Assembly: GCA_046075565.1 (NCBI GenBank)
Contig: JBJTQJ010000041.1
Coordinates: forward strand, 1 to 28,861
DNA length: 28,861 nt
DNA from: Verrucomicrobiales bacterium
GTDB taxonomy: Bacteria; Verrucomicrobiota; Verrucomicrobiia; Verrucomicrobiales; SLCJ01
Reading direction: 5' to 3'
Shown here: one piece after another, positions 17,570 to 28,861 of the stretch
Position numbering within the stretch: position 1 is the stretch's first letter
Layout of the letters: every line of letters starts with the position of its first letter
Notes under the pieces: model-generated
What the model was told of the DNA's origin: nothing
Databases searched by the model: none
Seen by the model: only the letters and a program-made list of their open reading frames with translations
Position numbers and translations under genes: made by a program

Positions 17570-18441
17570 CGTCCACCCCCCTTCCCTTCGCTATCGTCGC
17601 TGTCGCCCGTGCTCTCAAGGAAGAGCCGCTCGAGTGTGGTGCGCGGGTGCCCGGAGTGGACCAGAGTGGCCCCGCGCGCGGAGGCTGCCGCGGCCAATTC
17701 TTGCTCCATTCCTGGAGCGGGGTTTTGGAAGATCATTTCCAGTTGGTCGTCGATGCTGATGAGATCGCTAAGGATGCCCTCGCGCACCATTTTCCCACGG
17801 TCGAGGATGCCGACGCGATCGCAGACTTCCTGCACCTGCTCAAGAAGGTGGGAGGAGAGAATGATGGTTTTGCCGAGGGCTTTCAAATCCAGCACGAGGT
17901 CGCGGATTTTGCGTGAACCCGCCGGGTCCACACCCGCCGTCGGTTCGTCGAGCACGATGAGGCGCGGGTCGTGCACCAATGCCTGAGCCAGCCCGATGCG
18001 CTGCAGCATGCCCTTGGAATAACCAGCCAGACGACGGTCCGCCGCATCCTCCAATCCGACCAGCGCCAGCAGTTCCTTGGCCCTGGCTTCGAGCCCGCCA
18101 CCTGCCAGACCACAGAGTTTGCCGTAAAAGCGCAGGGTTTCGCGACCGGTCAGGTGCTTGTAGAAATACGGGCTCTCCGGCAAAAATCCGACATCTTCCC
18201 GGCTGTTCACGTGGGTGGAAGAACGTCCGAAAATCCGGCAAGTCCCGGCGGTTGGCTTCACCAGACCGAGCAGCATTTTCATGGTCGTGGATTTGCCGGA
18301 CCCGTTCGGCCCGAGCAGACCATAGACCTCGCCCTCATTGACGGTGAAACTGATATTGTCCACGGCACGGAAGGTCCGCCTTCGCCCCAGGGGCTGGGGA
18401 AAATCCTTGATGAGTCCATCGATGAAGACCGCCTCTTGCAT
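17566..18441 (-). CDS. ABC transporter ATP-binding protein
   Basis: Walker A GPNGSGKST, signature YSKGMLQR, Walker B LIVLDEP and SSH switch. Start set at ATG 18441. Confidence 0.95.
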   Translation of the reverse strand: MQEAVFIDGLIKDFPQPLGRRRTFRAVDNISFTVNEGEVYGLLGPNGSGKSTTMKMLLGLVKPTAGTCRIFGRSSTHVNSREDVGFLPESPYFYKHLTGRETLRFYGKLCGLAGGGLEARAKELLALVGLEDAADRRLAGYSKGMLQRIGLAQALVHDPRLIVLDEPTAGVDPAGSRKIRDLVLDLKALGKTIILSSHLLEQVQEVCDRVGILDRGKMVREGILSDLISIDDQLEMIFQNPAPGMEQELAAAASARGATLVHSGHPRTTLERLFLESTGDSDDSEGKGGGR

Positions 18442-18548
18442 GGGCGCTCTTATGCCATGAAGCCAGCCACAATGCAACTTCCCTTGTCGGTGGGAGCCGG
18501 GATTTGGCGGACAAACCATGGAAATTCCGCATTTCCGGGCCCCGTGGC

Positions 18549-18577
18549 TTGCACGAGCGGCGAATCCGGCGAAGTTT
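18549..18577 (+). promoter_or_regulatory. Candidate sigma70 promoter, leaderless gmhA
   Basis: TTGCAC-N17-AAGTTT-N6-ATG. Confidence 0.4.
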
Positions 18578-18583
18578 GGGCGC

Positions 18584-19225
18584 ATGTCCACCGGCGACTC
18601 CGTTTATTTCCACCAGATGGTTGGCGACAGCATCCGCGCCATCGAAACCGTCCGCACCCTCGAGCGCCCCTGCCTGAAAGCCGCTTCCTTGCTCTCCGAA
18701 TGCCTACGCTACGGTGGAAAAATCATGGCCTGCGGGAATGGCGGCAGCGCGGCCGACTCCTGCCACCTCGCCACCGAACTTCTCTGCCGCTTCGAGCGGG
18801 ATCGACGCCCCCTCGCGGCGATCAGCTTAAATGCCGACGGGAGCTTCCTCACCGCCGTGGGCAATGATTACAGCAACGAATTTATCTTTTCCCGCCAGGT
18901 CGAAGGACTCGCCCGCACCGGCGACGTGCTCGTGGTCTTCTCGACAAGCGGTCGCTCTCCGAACATCCTCGCCGCCCTCCGGGTCGCCCGCGAACGCGGC
19001 GTGAAATCCATCGCCCTGCTCGGCCGGGAAGGCGGGGAAGCCGCCGCCCTCGCCGATGTTCCGATCATCGTGCCCGACCCGGTGACCGCCCGGATCCAGG
19101 AGGCCCACCAATTGCTCATCCACCTGCTCTGCGGCCTGGTGGAACGCAGTCTTTTCGCCGGGACCTCCCCCTCACCCGCTCGCGAGGCCAAGCCCGCGAA
19201 AAAGGGGGCAAAAAAACGGAGATAA
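18584..19225 (+). CDS. gmhA: D-sedoheptulose 7-phosphate isomerase (SIS domain)
   Basis: [35 protein letters not shown] and TARIQEAH. Start set at ATG 18584. Confidence 0.92.
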   Translation: MSTGDSVYFHQMVGDSIRAIETVRTLERPCLKAASLLSECLRYGGKIMACGNGGSAADSCHLATELLCRFERDRRPLAAISLNADGSFLTAVGNDYSNEFIFSRQVEGLARTGDVLVVFSTSGRSPNILAALRVARERGVKSIALLGREGGEAAALADVPIIVPDPVTARIQEAHQLLIHLLCGLVERSLFAGTSPSPAREAKPAKKGAKKRR

Positions 19226-19249
19226 TGCGGAAGAGTCCGGTGATTTTGG

Positions 19250-19278
19250 TTGAAGGACCCTCGGGTCCGCGTTATGTC
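19250..19278 (+). promoter_or_regulatory. Candidate sigma70 promoter, leaderless mdh, with a palindrome in the spacer
   Basis: TTGAAG-N17-TATGTC-N6-ATG, with GGACCC-tc-GGGTCC at 19255-19268. Confidence 0.5.
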
Positions 19279-19284
19279 CCTTCC

Positions 19285-20268
19285 ATGAAGTCACCCATTA
19301 AAGTCGCTGTCACCGGCGCCGCCGGCCAAATCGGTTATTCCCTGCTTTTCCGCATCGCTTCGGGCGGAGTCTTCGGACCGGACCAGCCGGTCTCCCTCAG
19401 CCTCATTGAAATCGAACCCGGCATGCCCCCCCTTCAGGGCGTGATCATGGAACTTGATGATTGCGCGTTCCCCCTGCTCCAGTCGGTGACCGCGAATACC
19501 GACCTCGATAAAGGCTTTGAAGGCGTGAATTGGGCACTGCTCGTCGGCTCCGTGCCCCGCAAGGCCGGAATGGAACGCAATGACCTTCTCGGCATCAACG
19601 GGAAAATTTTCACCGGCCAAGGCCAAGCCATCGACCGCAATGCCGCCGACGATTGCCGCGTGCTCGTGGTCGGCAACCCCTGCAATACGAATTGCCTCAT
19701 CGCGATGAGCCATGCCCGCCGCCTGCCGAAGAAAAACTTCTTCGCCATGACCCGTCTTGATGAAAACCGCGCCAAGAGCCAACTCGCCGCCAAAGCGGGC
19801 GTGCACAGCAGCGCCGTGACCAACATGACCATCTGGGGCAACCACTCCGCCACCCAGTATCCCGATTTCTTCAACGCGAAGATCCAAGGTCGTCCGGCGA
19901 CCGACGTCATCGGTCACCGCGCCTGGCTCGAAGGCGAATTCATCACCACCGTGCAACAACGGGGTGCTGCCATCATCAAGGCCCGCGGTCTTTCGTCCGC
20001 CGCTTCCGCCGCCAATGCCGCCATTGATACCGTGCGTTCGCTCGTCAATCCGACACCCGCCGGCGACTGGACCTCGGTGGCTGTCTGCTCCGACGGTTCC
20101 TATGGCATCGAACCCGGCCTCATGTTCAGCTTCCCCGTCCGCACTAATGGCAAGGATTGGGAAATCGTGCAAGGCGTGCCGGTCAACGACTTCAGCCAGG
20201 CCCGCATCCTCGCTACGGAAACAGAACTCAAGGAAGAACGCGACGCCGTCAAGGCGCTGCTAGGCTGA
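19285..20268 (+). CDS. mdh: Malate dehydrogenase (MDH type 2)
   Basis: [60 protein letters not shown] and SSAASAANA. Confidence 0.98.
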   Translation: MKSPIKVAVTGAAGQIGYSLLFRIASGGVFGPDQPVSLSLIEIEPGMPPLQGVIMELDDCAFPLLQSVTANTDLDKGFEGVNWALLVGSVPRKAGMERNDLLGINGKIFTGQGQAIDRNAADDCRVLVVGNPCNTNCLIAMSHARRLPKKNFFAMTRLDENRAKSQLAAKAGVHSSAVTNMTIWGNHSATQYPDFFNAKIQGRPATDVIGHRAWLEGEFITTVQQRGAAIIKARGLSSAASAANAAIDTVRSLVNPTPAGDWTSVAVCSDGSYGIEPGLMFSFPVRTNGKDWEIVQGVPVNDFSQARILATETELKEERDAVKALLG

Positions 20269-20306
20269 GTCCGGGCATCACGCCGGCTCTCTTGCCTTTG
20301 AAAAAC

Positions 20307-20346
20307 GAATCCCCGCTTTCCCCACGGAAAGCGGGGACTCTTTTAT
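20307..20346 (+). terminator. Rho-independent terminator after mdh
   Basis: TCCCCGCTTTCC-ccac-GGAAAGCGGGGA followed by CTCTTTTAT. Confidence 0.85.
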
Positions 20347-20386
20347 CCTTGCGCGCTTGGACGCTTTCGGGCAGCCTTCAAACGAG

Positions 20387-21886
20387 ATGAAAATGCGCAC
20401 CCCGGCCATCATGTGGATCAACAGCTACCGGGTGCTCACCCTGCTCGCGGGAGCGTGCTGCGCCCTGCCTTTGTTCGCGGACGATGCGGCTTTGCCGATC
20501 CAAGTTCGCGAACGGGTGGCTCCATGGGGCACGGTGGTCAGCCGGGAACGTTTCTATGTGAAAGAGGGCCAAAAAGTGGAACATGGATTGCAGGAAGCGT
20601 ATGCCACCGATGGCAAGCCCTCTTGGAAGTTGCGTTTCCTCCACGGCAGAGAGCACGGGATCCAGGAATTCTTTTACTAAGAAACCGGCACGAAGCAATC
20701 GGAGACGAACTATACCATGGGGGAAAAAGACGGTTGGTCACGAATCTGGGGCCCCGATGGGAAACTGCTCTTCGAGGGCTTGGCCAAGAATGGGCGCGAG
20801 CACGATGGATGGTTTGAAACCTCGATGGTCTCGAGCAGCGGCGTATACCATCGCGAAGGCGGAACCTGGACCATCGTCCAGTGGAAGGAGGGCAAGAAGG
20901 TCCGGAATAGCAGCCGGGAAGTCACTGCGAACTGGCGCTCATGGACGCCCGGTCAACTTCCCGATCAGAAGAAGTTCATTCGTTGGAATTGGTCGCAATT
21001 TGCCGGTAAGACCGAATACCCATTCGCGGACCAGATGCCCGCGTATGACGATGTGCCGGTTCTCATCGGATGGATCGGGAAAAAAGGCGGCGACCCGTAT
21101 ATGATCGACGACCAACTCCACGCCCTCACGCGCGTAGATTTCGGGAATAGTTGGATGCAGAAAGAGAAGGAGCGGGCCGATGCCGTTGCCAAATGGCGTG
21201 CTTGGTGGGAGGAAGTCGGCCAACACCGGCCGGGACTGCTCGAAAAAAATGGCAAACGGGATGCCGAGGCTTGGAATCTGGTGCAGCGATATCGGAAACT
21301 TCCGGCTCCCGATCAACCGATGCTCATCCCAGAAGAGTATGTATTGGAAGCGCATTACAGTTCCGGCGACTATGGCGCTGTCGTCTCCGAAACGATGGAG
21401 ATTCGGCGGGGCAAAGATGGTGCGGAATTGATCCGGAAGTTTTCCAGACAACGCGATGGTCCTGTCAAGGAAGAACGTTGGCTCCCTTTCAGCGCCGAAG
21501 ATGCGGATCGCATCACCAGGGCGGTTGGATATCTGGTCGATCGCCCGTGGTTGCTCAACGACGAGGCGGAGATCGAGAAGCTCTACTGGGAAGCGGAAAA
21601 GAAAGAACCGGACAGAGAGGCGGCGGACCAAACAAGCGAAAATAGGCTGAAAGGAAGGGAGTCCTTCGCCCCCCCCTACTATCCGAATGCAGACTACGAA
21701 TTGCGGGACGCGGCGGGCAAACTCTGGTGGAATTCGGATCCCGACCGTTGGCATGGGGGCAATCCCGAACGATTCAATCAGACAGACCGGCCCGTGCCGG
21801 GAGTGGTGTATCCGTTTCTGGCGGCCCAATTCCCCGAATCAGCGCGCTCGGACGGACAGGGCACAGCGGGTTGGACGGACCGTTGA
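20387..21886 (+). pseudogene. Secreted MORN-variant (YwqK-like) repeat protein interrupted by an in-frame TAA at 20678-20680
   Basis: ORFs 20357-20680 and 20717-21886 are in the same frame. Readthrough gives HGIQEFFY*ETGTKQSETNYTMGEKDG, a continuous MORN-variant repeat. Signal peptide ends ..ALPLFA|DD. Confidence 0.8.
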
Positions 21887-21893
21887 ACGCGGA

Positions 21894-22277
21894 CTACCTG
21901 AGCATGCCGACCAACGCTCTCGCCACCGCGAATAACATTTCCAGCGCGCGCTCCGGATCCGAATCCTCGATCTCCTCGAATTCGAATCCCGAAAAATAGC
22001 TGTGAACAACCTCGCCTTTCGCCCGCAGCGAAGCCGACCGGGGTTCACCAGCGAAGTAACCGAGCTCACCGAATACCCCCATCGGCCCTACTTCCGCCAG
22101 TTTGCTTTCTCCTCCATCCCCGGACTTGAAAATCACAACTTTACCGCTGGCCACGATGAACATGGCATCGGAGCGATCCCCCTCGCGAAAGACCATCTCA
22201 CCCGCCCGGAACTCCCGGCGGCAGCTGGACTTGGCAAGGATACGATCGGCGAGCAGATAACCTGTTAGATATCTCAT
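21894..22277 (-). CDS. Stand-alone cyclic nucleotide-binding domain protein
   Basis: GEMVFREGDRSDAMFIVASGKV and the phosphate-binding cassette FGELGYFAGEPRSAS. Start at ATG 22277; no HTH domain. Confidence 0.85.
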   Translation of the reverse strand: MRYLTGYLLADRILAKSSCRREFRAGEMVFREGDRSDAMFIVASGKVVIFKSGDGGESKLAEVGPMGVFGELGYFAGEPRSASLRAKGEVVHSYFSGFEFEEIEDSDPERALEMLFAVARALVGMLR

Positions 22278-22381
22278 GGGGTTTTCCGGGTGAAAATTCG
22301 GCACGAACCACGCACGCGCCCCCCGCCAACGCAAATGAATCCGATGGAGGAAACAGGAATGTCATGGAAAAACCGATCCCC

Positions 22382-23152
22382 TCACTCCTTCTTCTCCACC
22401 ACCGCGATCATCGAGCCGAACCGATTGCATAACCGCCTGAGATCCCCGCCTGACCGCATCTGCGAAATGTCGCCGTCGAGGAAAAGGGCATCGGCACAGC
22501 CCAAGTGACGGAAGGCCATGGCGAATTCGTGGAGATTGGGAAACTTCGGGGAATTCCCGTCGCTCATCAGCAGCACAACCTCTCCGGCTTTGTCCACGCC
22601 AACGCCGTTGCGATGCAAACGGTTCGCGGAAGCGGCGTTGAAGGCGGGGTGAACTCGATCGGCGTGCAGAAGCAGCGGACCCGACTGCACCGCCCAATTG
22701 ACCCGGGTGTCTGCTGGCGGCCACTCATCCGTTCTCCGGACTCCGGCACCCCGGTCGTTGATGAAGAAGATGCCATTCGGTTGCAGGAAGAAGTTCCCCT
22801 TCCCTGCGGCGCGATTCACCGGTCGTTCCTCCTTGCCATCAACCACGAGCAGCCCGCTCGGGATGCCTCCGGGCTCAAAGATGCCGCCGTTCATCAGGGT
22901 CAAGACGCGGTGCCCTTCGGCTTCCAGATGTTCCGCGGCCGCCGAGAAGAGACGCAGGGGTTGCCCATCCTTGCTTTTCCAAACCAGACGAATGCTCTCA
23001 GGCGTCGTGATCAGGACATGGTATTTCACCCCATCGATCTCGCGGATTTCCGGTGCGCCTGTGGCCACGGTTTGCATCCATGCCAGAAAGGAGAAGATGA
23101 AAAGCAACCTTGGCGCCTTGAAAAAGCGGGCTTGCAGGTGGTGCGGCAGCAT
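22382..23152 (-). CDS. Phosphodiester glycosidase family protein (YigE/DUF2233/NAGPA-like), exported
   Basis: MNGGIF, GNFFLQPNGIF, QSGPLL, RNGVGV and ALFLDGDIS, with an N-terminal hydrophobic signal. Start at ATG 23152. Confidence 0.88.
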   Translation of the reverse strand: MLPHHLQARFFKAPRLLFIFSFLAWMQTVATGAPEIREIDGVKYHVLITTPESIRLVWKSKDGQPLRLFSAAAEHLEAEGHRVLTLMNGGIFEPGGIPSGLLVVDGKEERPVNRAAGKGNFFLQPNGIFFINDRGAGVRRTDEWPPADTRVNWAVQSGPLLLHADRVHPAFNAASANRLHRNGVGVDKAGEVVLLMSDGNSPKFPNLHEFAMAFRHLGCADALFLDGDISQMRSGGDLRRLCNRFGSMIAVVEKKE

Positions 23153-23158
23153 GGCGAG

Positions 23159-23187
23159 AGCGTAACAGGAGCGAGGGGAATCGACAA
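23159..23187 (-). promoter_or_regulatory. Candidate sigma70 promoter (extended -10), leaderless YigE-like gene
   Basis: TTGTCG-N17-TACGCT-N6-ATG, with TG at the extended -10 position. Confidence 0.6.
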
Positions 23188-23193
23188 GGGGAG

Positions 23194-23240
23194 GATTGAT
23201 TGACGATTGAAGAGTTACGATTAAAGATTTTTGATTTGAT
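23194..23240. repeat. Degenerate heptamer tandem repeat (consensus near TKAMGAT)
   Basis: gattgat-tgacgat-tgaagag-ttacgat-taaagat-ttttgat-ttgat. Confidence 0.65.
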
Positions 23241-23293
23241 GAAATGAAGCGACTGGCGACGGCGTCCCCGGATGGAGCGTCGGGAAAAATCAA

Positions 23294-23317
23294 CGGCGGT
23301 CATAGACAAGCCGCTAC
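23294..23317 (-). repeat. Degenerate GTAG-type REP hairpin
   Basis: Minus strand reads GTAG-CGGC(tt)GTC-tat-GACCGCCG. Confidence 0.55.
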
Positions 23318-23399
23318 AACTGCGAAACTCGTAGAGCCGTTGAGATGAGAAAGGAGGGGAGAGCCGACTTGCCGATCCCGAGGGAGCGTTCCTTGCACA

Positions 23400-23504
23400 G
23401 GCAGGGACCGCTGTCCCAGCGGTCCGTGAATCGGCGAGGCGATCGGGAACGCGGAGGCGTGGCGTATTTTACCCCTGCGGACGTTTGGGACAAACGTCCC
23501 TGCC
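23400..23504. repeat. Inverted REP doublet (REPIN/BIME-like)
   Basis: GGCAG-GGACCGCTG-tcc-CAGCGGTCC-G (23400-23426, + strand) faces GGCAG-GGACGTTTG-tcc-CAAACGTCC-G (23504-23478, - strand), with a 51-bp spacer. Confidence 0.75.
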
Positions 23505-23553
23505 TTTTCTCGCTCGGACGATTGGGGCAGAGGGTGGTTGCGGCTCGATCATG

Positions 23554-23576
23554 CAAGACCGGGACGGTCTTGCTAC
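23554..23576 (-). repeat. GTAG-type REP hairpin just downstream of ftsH
   Basis: Minus strand reads GTAG-CAAGACC-gtccc-GGTCTTG, a perfect 7-bp stem. Confidence 0.7.
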
Positions 23577-23595
23577 GCCCCTGAAGCCTCCCACT

Positions 23596-25665
<2,070 letters not shown>

Positions 25666-25775
25666 GATGGGATAATTTGCGGGGGGACACAGTAACACGC
25701 TTTGTGCTGACTGACCAAGGAAAAGAACGTGCGAAGACGACGGGGGGACGCCGGAAAGGAGATCGCGGGCGTGGC

Positions 25776-27083
25776 TCAACTCAATTGCGCCAGACACTCG
25801 ACGGTGCGGCGGGTCGCCCCGCGGTGGCGTTCGAGGGTGGCTCGGCCCCGGGCGGCCATAGCGGTGGCCAAATCGGGCTTGGCGAGCAATTCCGCCAAAG
25901 CGGGGGCGAGGGCCGCCTCATTTTCGAGGCGGCGGATGCCCTGTTCAGCTTCGAGGGCGGCCATCAGCGGGCGGAAATTGTCCATGCGGGGACCGGTCAG
26001 AGTCGGGCGTCCGGCGCCGACGGACTCGGCCGGGTTTTGTCCGCCGGAGTGGTTGAGAAATGATTTCCCCACCACGACGAGGGTGGACAGTTCGACCCAG
26101 GCACGCAACTCGCCGGTCGAGTCGGCCACCAGGCAATCGGCAGCCGCGTCATCCGGGCCGAGCGGCAAAGAGCGACGCGCCGGGTTCAGGCCGAGAGCAG
26201 TCAGGTCGGCGGCGACTTCGGCGCCACGCTCGAAATGCCGGGGCACGGCCACGAAGGCGAGGTCGGGGAATGCCTTTCGGGTTTCGAGCCAGGCCTGTGC
26301 GATGATGGTCTCTTCGCCCGAATGTGTGCTGGCGGCGAGCAGAAAGGGCTTTCCGGCTAGTTTGGGGAATCGGGCAAGCGCGACCCGCGCGGCTTCAAGA
26401 GCAGGGATGGCTGCGCTGGCAGCTTCGTCGTCAAACTTGATCGCCCCCGTGACGGTGATGCGCTCCGGATCGATGCCGAGGGCGGCGAAACGCCCCCGGT
26501 CGGCTTCATCCTGCACGCAGACGCGATCGAGCATGGAGAAAATGGGTGCGATGATGGGACGGAAAAAGCGATATCTCTTTTCCGAGCGGGCGGACAACCG
26601 GGCATTGACGATGGCCACGGGAATGCCCGAACGATGAGCACGGGCGAGCAGGTTTGGCCAGACCTCGGCTTCGACGAGGATAATGCGACGGGGCATGAGG
26701 AGGTCGATAGCCCGCCGGGCGACCCAAGGAAAGTCCAGAGGTGTCCACAACACGGTGGTTTTTGTATCGGCGCGTTCGAGGGCGAGTTTGCGACCGGTCG
26801 AGGTTGTGGTGGTGAGTGCGACTTGTCCGGTCCATGTGCCGGTTTCCCTGAGCGTCTGGATCAACTTCAAAGCCATGATCATTTCACCCACGCTCACGGC
26901 ATGCACCCACCAGCAACCATCGGCGAAGCGTCCGAGAGTGGCCTCATCATAACGCGCGAACCTCTCCCCCGCCCTCTCGCCATAACCGCCGCGACGGCGC
27001 ATTTTTCTCCATTGCGCGGGCAGCATCAAAAGGAAGGCCAGCGGATAGAACAACCTGTAGAGAGTGAGGGCGATGAATCTCAC
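25776..27083 (-). CDS. waaA: 3-deoxy-D-manno-octulosonic acid (Kdo) transferase
   Basis: [43 protein letters not shown] and GGQNPAE. GTG start overlaps the rsmD TGA. Confidence 0.93.
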   Translation of the reverse strand: MRFIALTLYRLFYPLAFLLMLPAQWRKMRRRGGYGERAGERFARYDEATLGRFADGCWWVHAVSVGEMIMALKLIQTLRETGTWTGQVALTTTTSTGRKLALERADTKTTVLWTPLDFPWVARRAIDLLMPRRIILVEAEVWPNLLARAHRSGIPVAIVNARLSARSEKRYRFFRPIIAPIFSMLDRVCVQDEADRGRFAALGIDPERITVTGAIKFDDEAASAAIPALEAARVALARFPKLAGKPFLLAASTHSGEETIIAQAWLETRKAFPDLAFVAVPRHFERGAEVAADLTALGLNPARRSLPLGPDDAAADCLVADSTGELRAWVELSTLVVVGKSFLNHSGGQNPAESVGAGRPTLTGPRMDNFRPLMAALEAEQGIRRLENEAALAPALAELLAKPDLATAMAARGRATLERHRGATRRTVECLAQLS

Positions 27084-27661
27084 GTCTCACCTCCGGTCGT
27101 CCATGCCGCCGGGCGCAAAAAATGAACGGTGGTGGTGCCATAGCGCCTGGCCTCGCGGGCGCGCCAGAGCGGACCGACATCAAGGCGGCGTTCGCTCGGG
27201 GCTTCGAGCAGGAACCAGCCGCTCTCGGCGAGCAGCAGCGGCAATCTTTCCTGTTCGAGAATCCACCCGACCCAGTCGGAGTCGGCTCCTTTTTCAATCC
27301 AAGGAGGATCGCAAAAGATCAGATCGTAACGTGGCGAGGATCCCGCGGACTTCAGGAATTCCCCGGCCTTGCGTTGGTGGACGCGGGCGTGTTTTTCCAG
27401 TTTCGTGCTCGCGAGATTTTTTTTCAGGATTTCGACCACCTGCGGGGAAGCTTCGACGAAGTCGGCCGAAGTGGCTCCACGACTGAGGGCTTCGATCCCC
27501 AATCCGCCGCTGCCCGCGAAAAGATCGAGCACCCTCGCCTCGACCACACCTTGGTTGAGCCAGGAGAACATGGCGGCCTTCGTGCGGTCGGTGGTCGGCC
27601 GCACGCCTTCGCTGGGCACCCGGAGCTTTTGGCCGCCGGCGCTTCCGGTAATCACGCGCAT
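27080..27661 (-). CDS. rsmD: 16S rRNA (guanine-966-N2)-methyltransferase RsmD
   Basis: MRVITG, VRPTTDR, DLFAGSGGLGIEALSRGA, DPPW and RYG. Confidence 0.93.
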   Translation of the reverse strand: MRVITGSAGGQKLRVPSEGVRPTTDRTKAAMFSWLNQGVVEARVLDLFAGSGGLGIEALSRGATSADFVEASPQVVEILKKNLASTKLEKHARVHQRKAGEFLKSAGSSPRYDLIFCDPPWIEKGADSDWVGWILEQERLPLLLAESGWFLLEAPSERRLDVGPLWRAREARRYGTTTVHFLRPAAWTTGGET

Positions 27662-27796
27662 GGGAGACTGTCATCGCCAGTGCACCAACCCCGCAACCGG
27701 AAAAAGCGGGAAATCTTCTCCCTCCACGGATTGTCGCTTTACGAAATCCCCTCCCCTCTGCCATCCTTACGCCTTCATTCCTGAATCTCGCCGCCC

Positions 27797-28792
<996 letters not shown>

Positions 28793-28829
28793 AACAAGCG
28801 TGCGAACTCCTCCCTCCGCCTCTGGAATG

Positions 28830-28852
28830 TACCACAGGCATCCTGCCTGTGG
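28830..28852 (+). repeat. REP-like hairpin downstream of the DHS-like gene
   Basis: GTA-CCACAGGC-atcct-GCCTGTGG, a perfect 8-bp stem with a GTAG-like (GTAC) 5' tetramer. Confidence 0.6.
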
Positions 28853-28861
28853 CCCCATGGC

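Noticed and set aside
23190..23595. RNase P RNA, tmRNA or SRP RNA in the long intergenic region
   Set aside because: Hallmark sequences (GAGGAAAGTCC, tRNA-like GGGG...TCCACCA ends, SRP GGAAG/AGCAG loop) were not found on either strand.

Overview
High-GC bacterial chromosomal segment, most likely Verrucomicrobiota (PVC superphylum; inferred from a PVC-type SGNH-like/dehydrogenase-propeller/cytochrome c fusion and the repeat types). Mostly housekeeping: AmgK-like kinase (partial), CysZ/EI24-like protein, tRNA-Arg(CCT), rplM-rpsI, IscA/HesB, hrpB, AI-2E transporter, rlmN, GT9 heptosyltransferase, metallophosphoesterase, an ABC ATPase-permease-helical repeat trio, gmhA, mdh, a cNMP-binding protein, a YigE/NAGPA-family protein, ftsH, waaA, rsmD and a deoxyhypusine synthase-like gene. 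No transposase, integrase, CRISPR array or defence system was recognised. Points of interest: (i) two genes split by single in-frame stops (a MORN-variant secreted protein with TAA, and the DHS-like gene with TAG plus further substitutions at usually conserved sites); (ii) modular intergenic repeats, comprising a ~78-bp structured element in three copies, several distinct GTAG-type REP hairpins, an inverted REP doublet with compensatory stem changes, and three heptamer tracts; (iii) sigma70-like promoter boxes sitting 5-7 nt before many start codons, which suggests widespread leaderless mRNAs; (iv) a PilGHI/Xap-like ABC module linked to heptose genes; (v) a small AT-richer islet after the tRNA. 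All calls are from motif reading by eye, without database searches.
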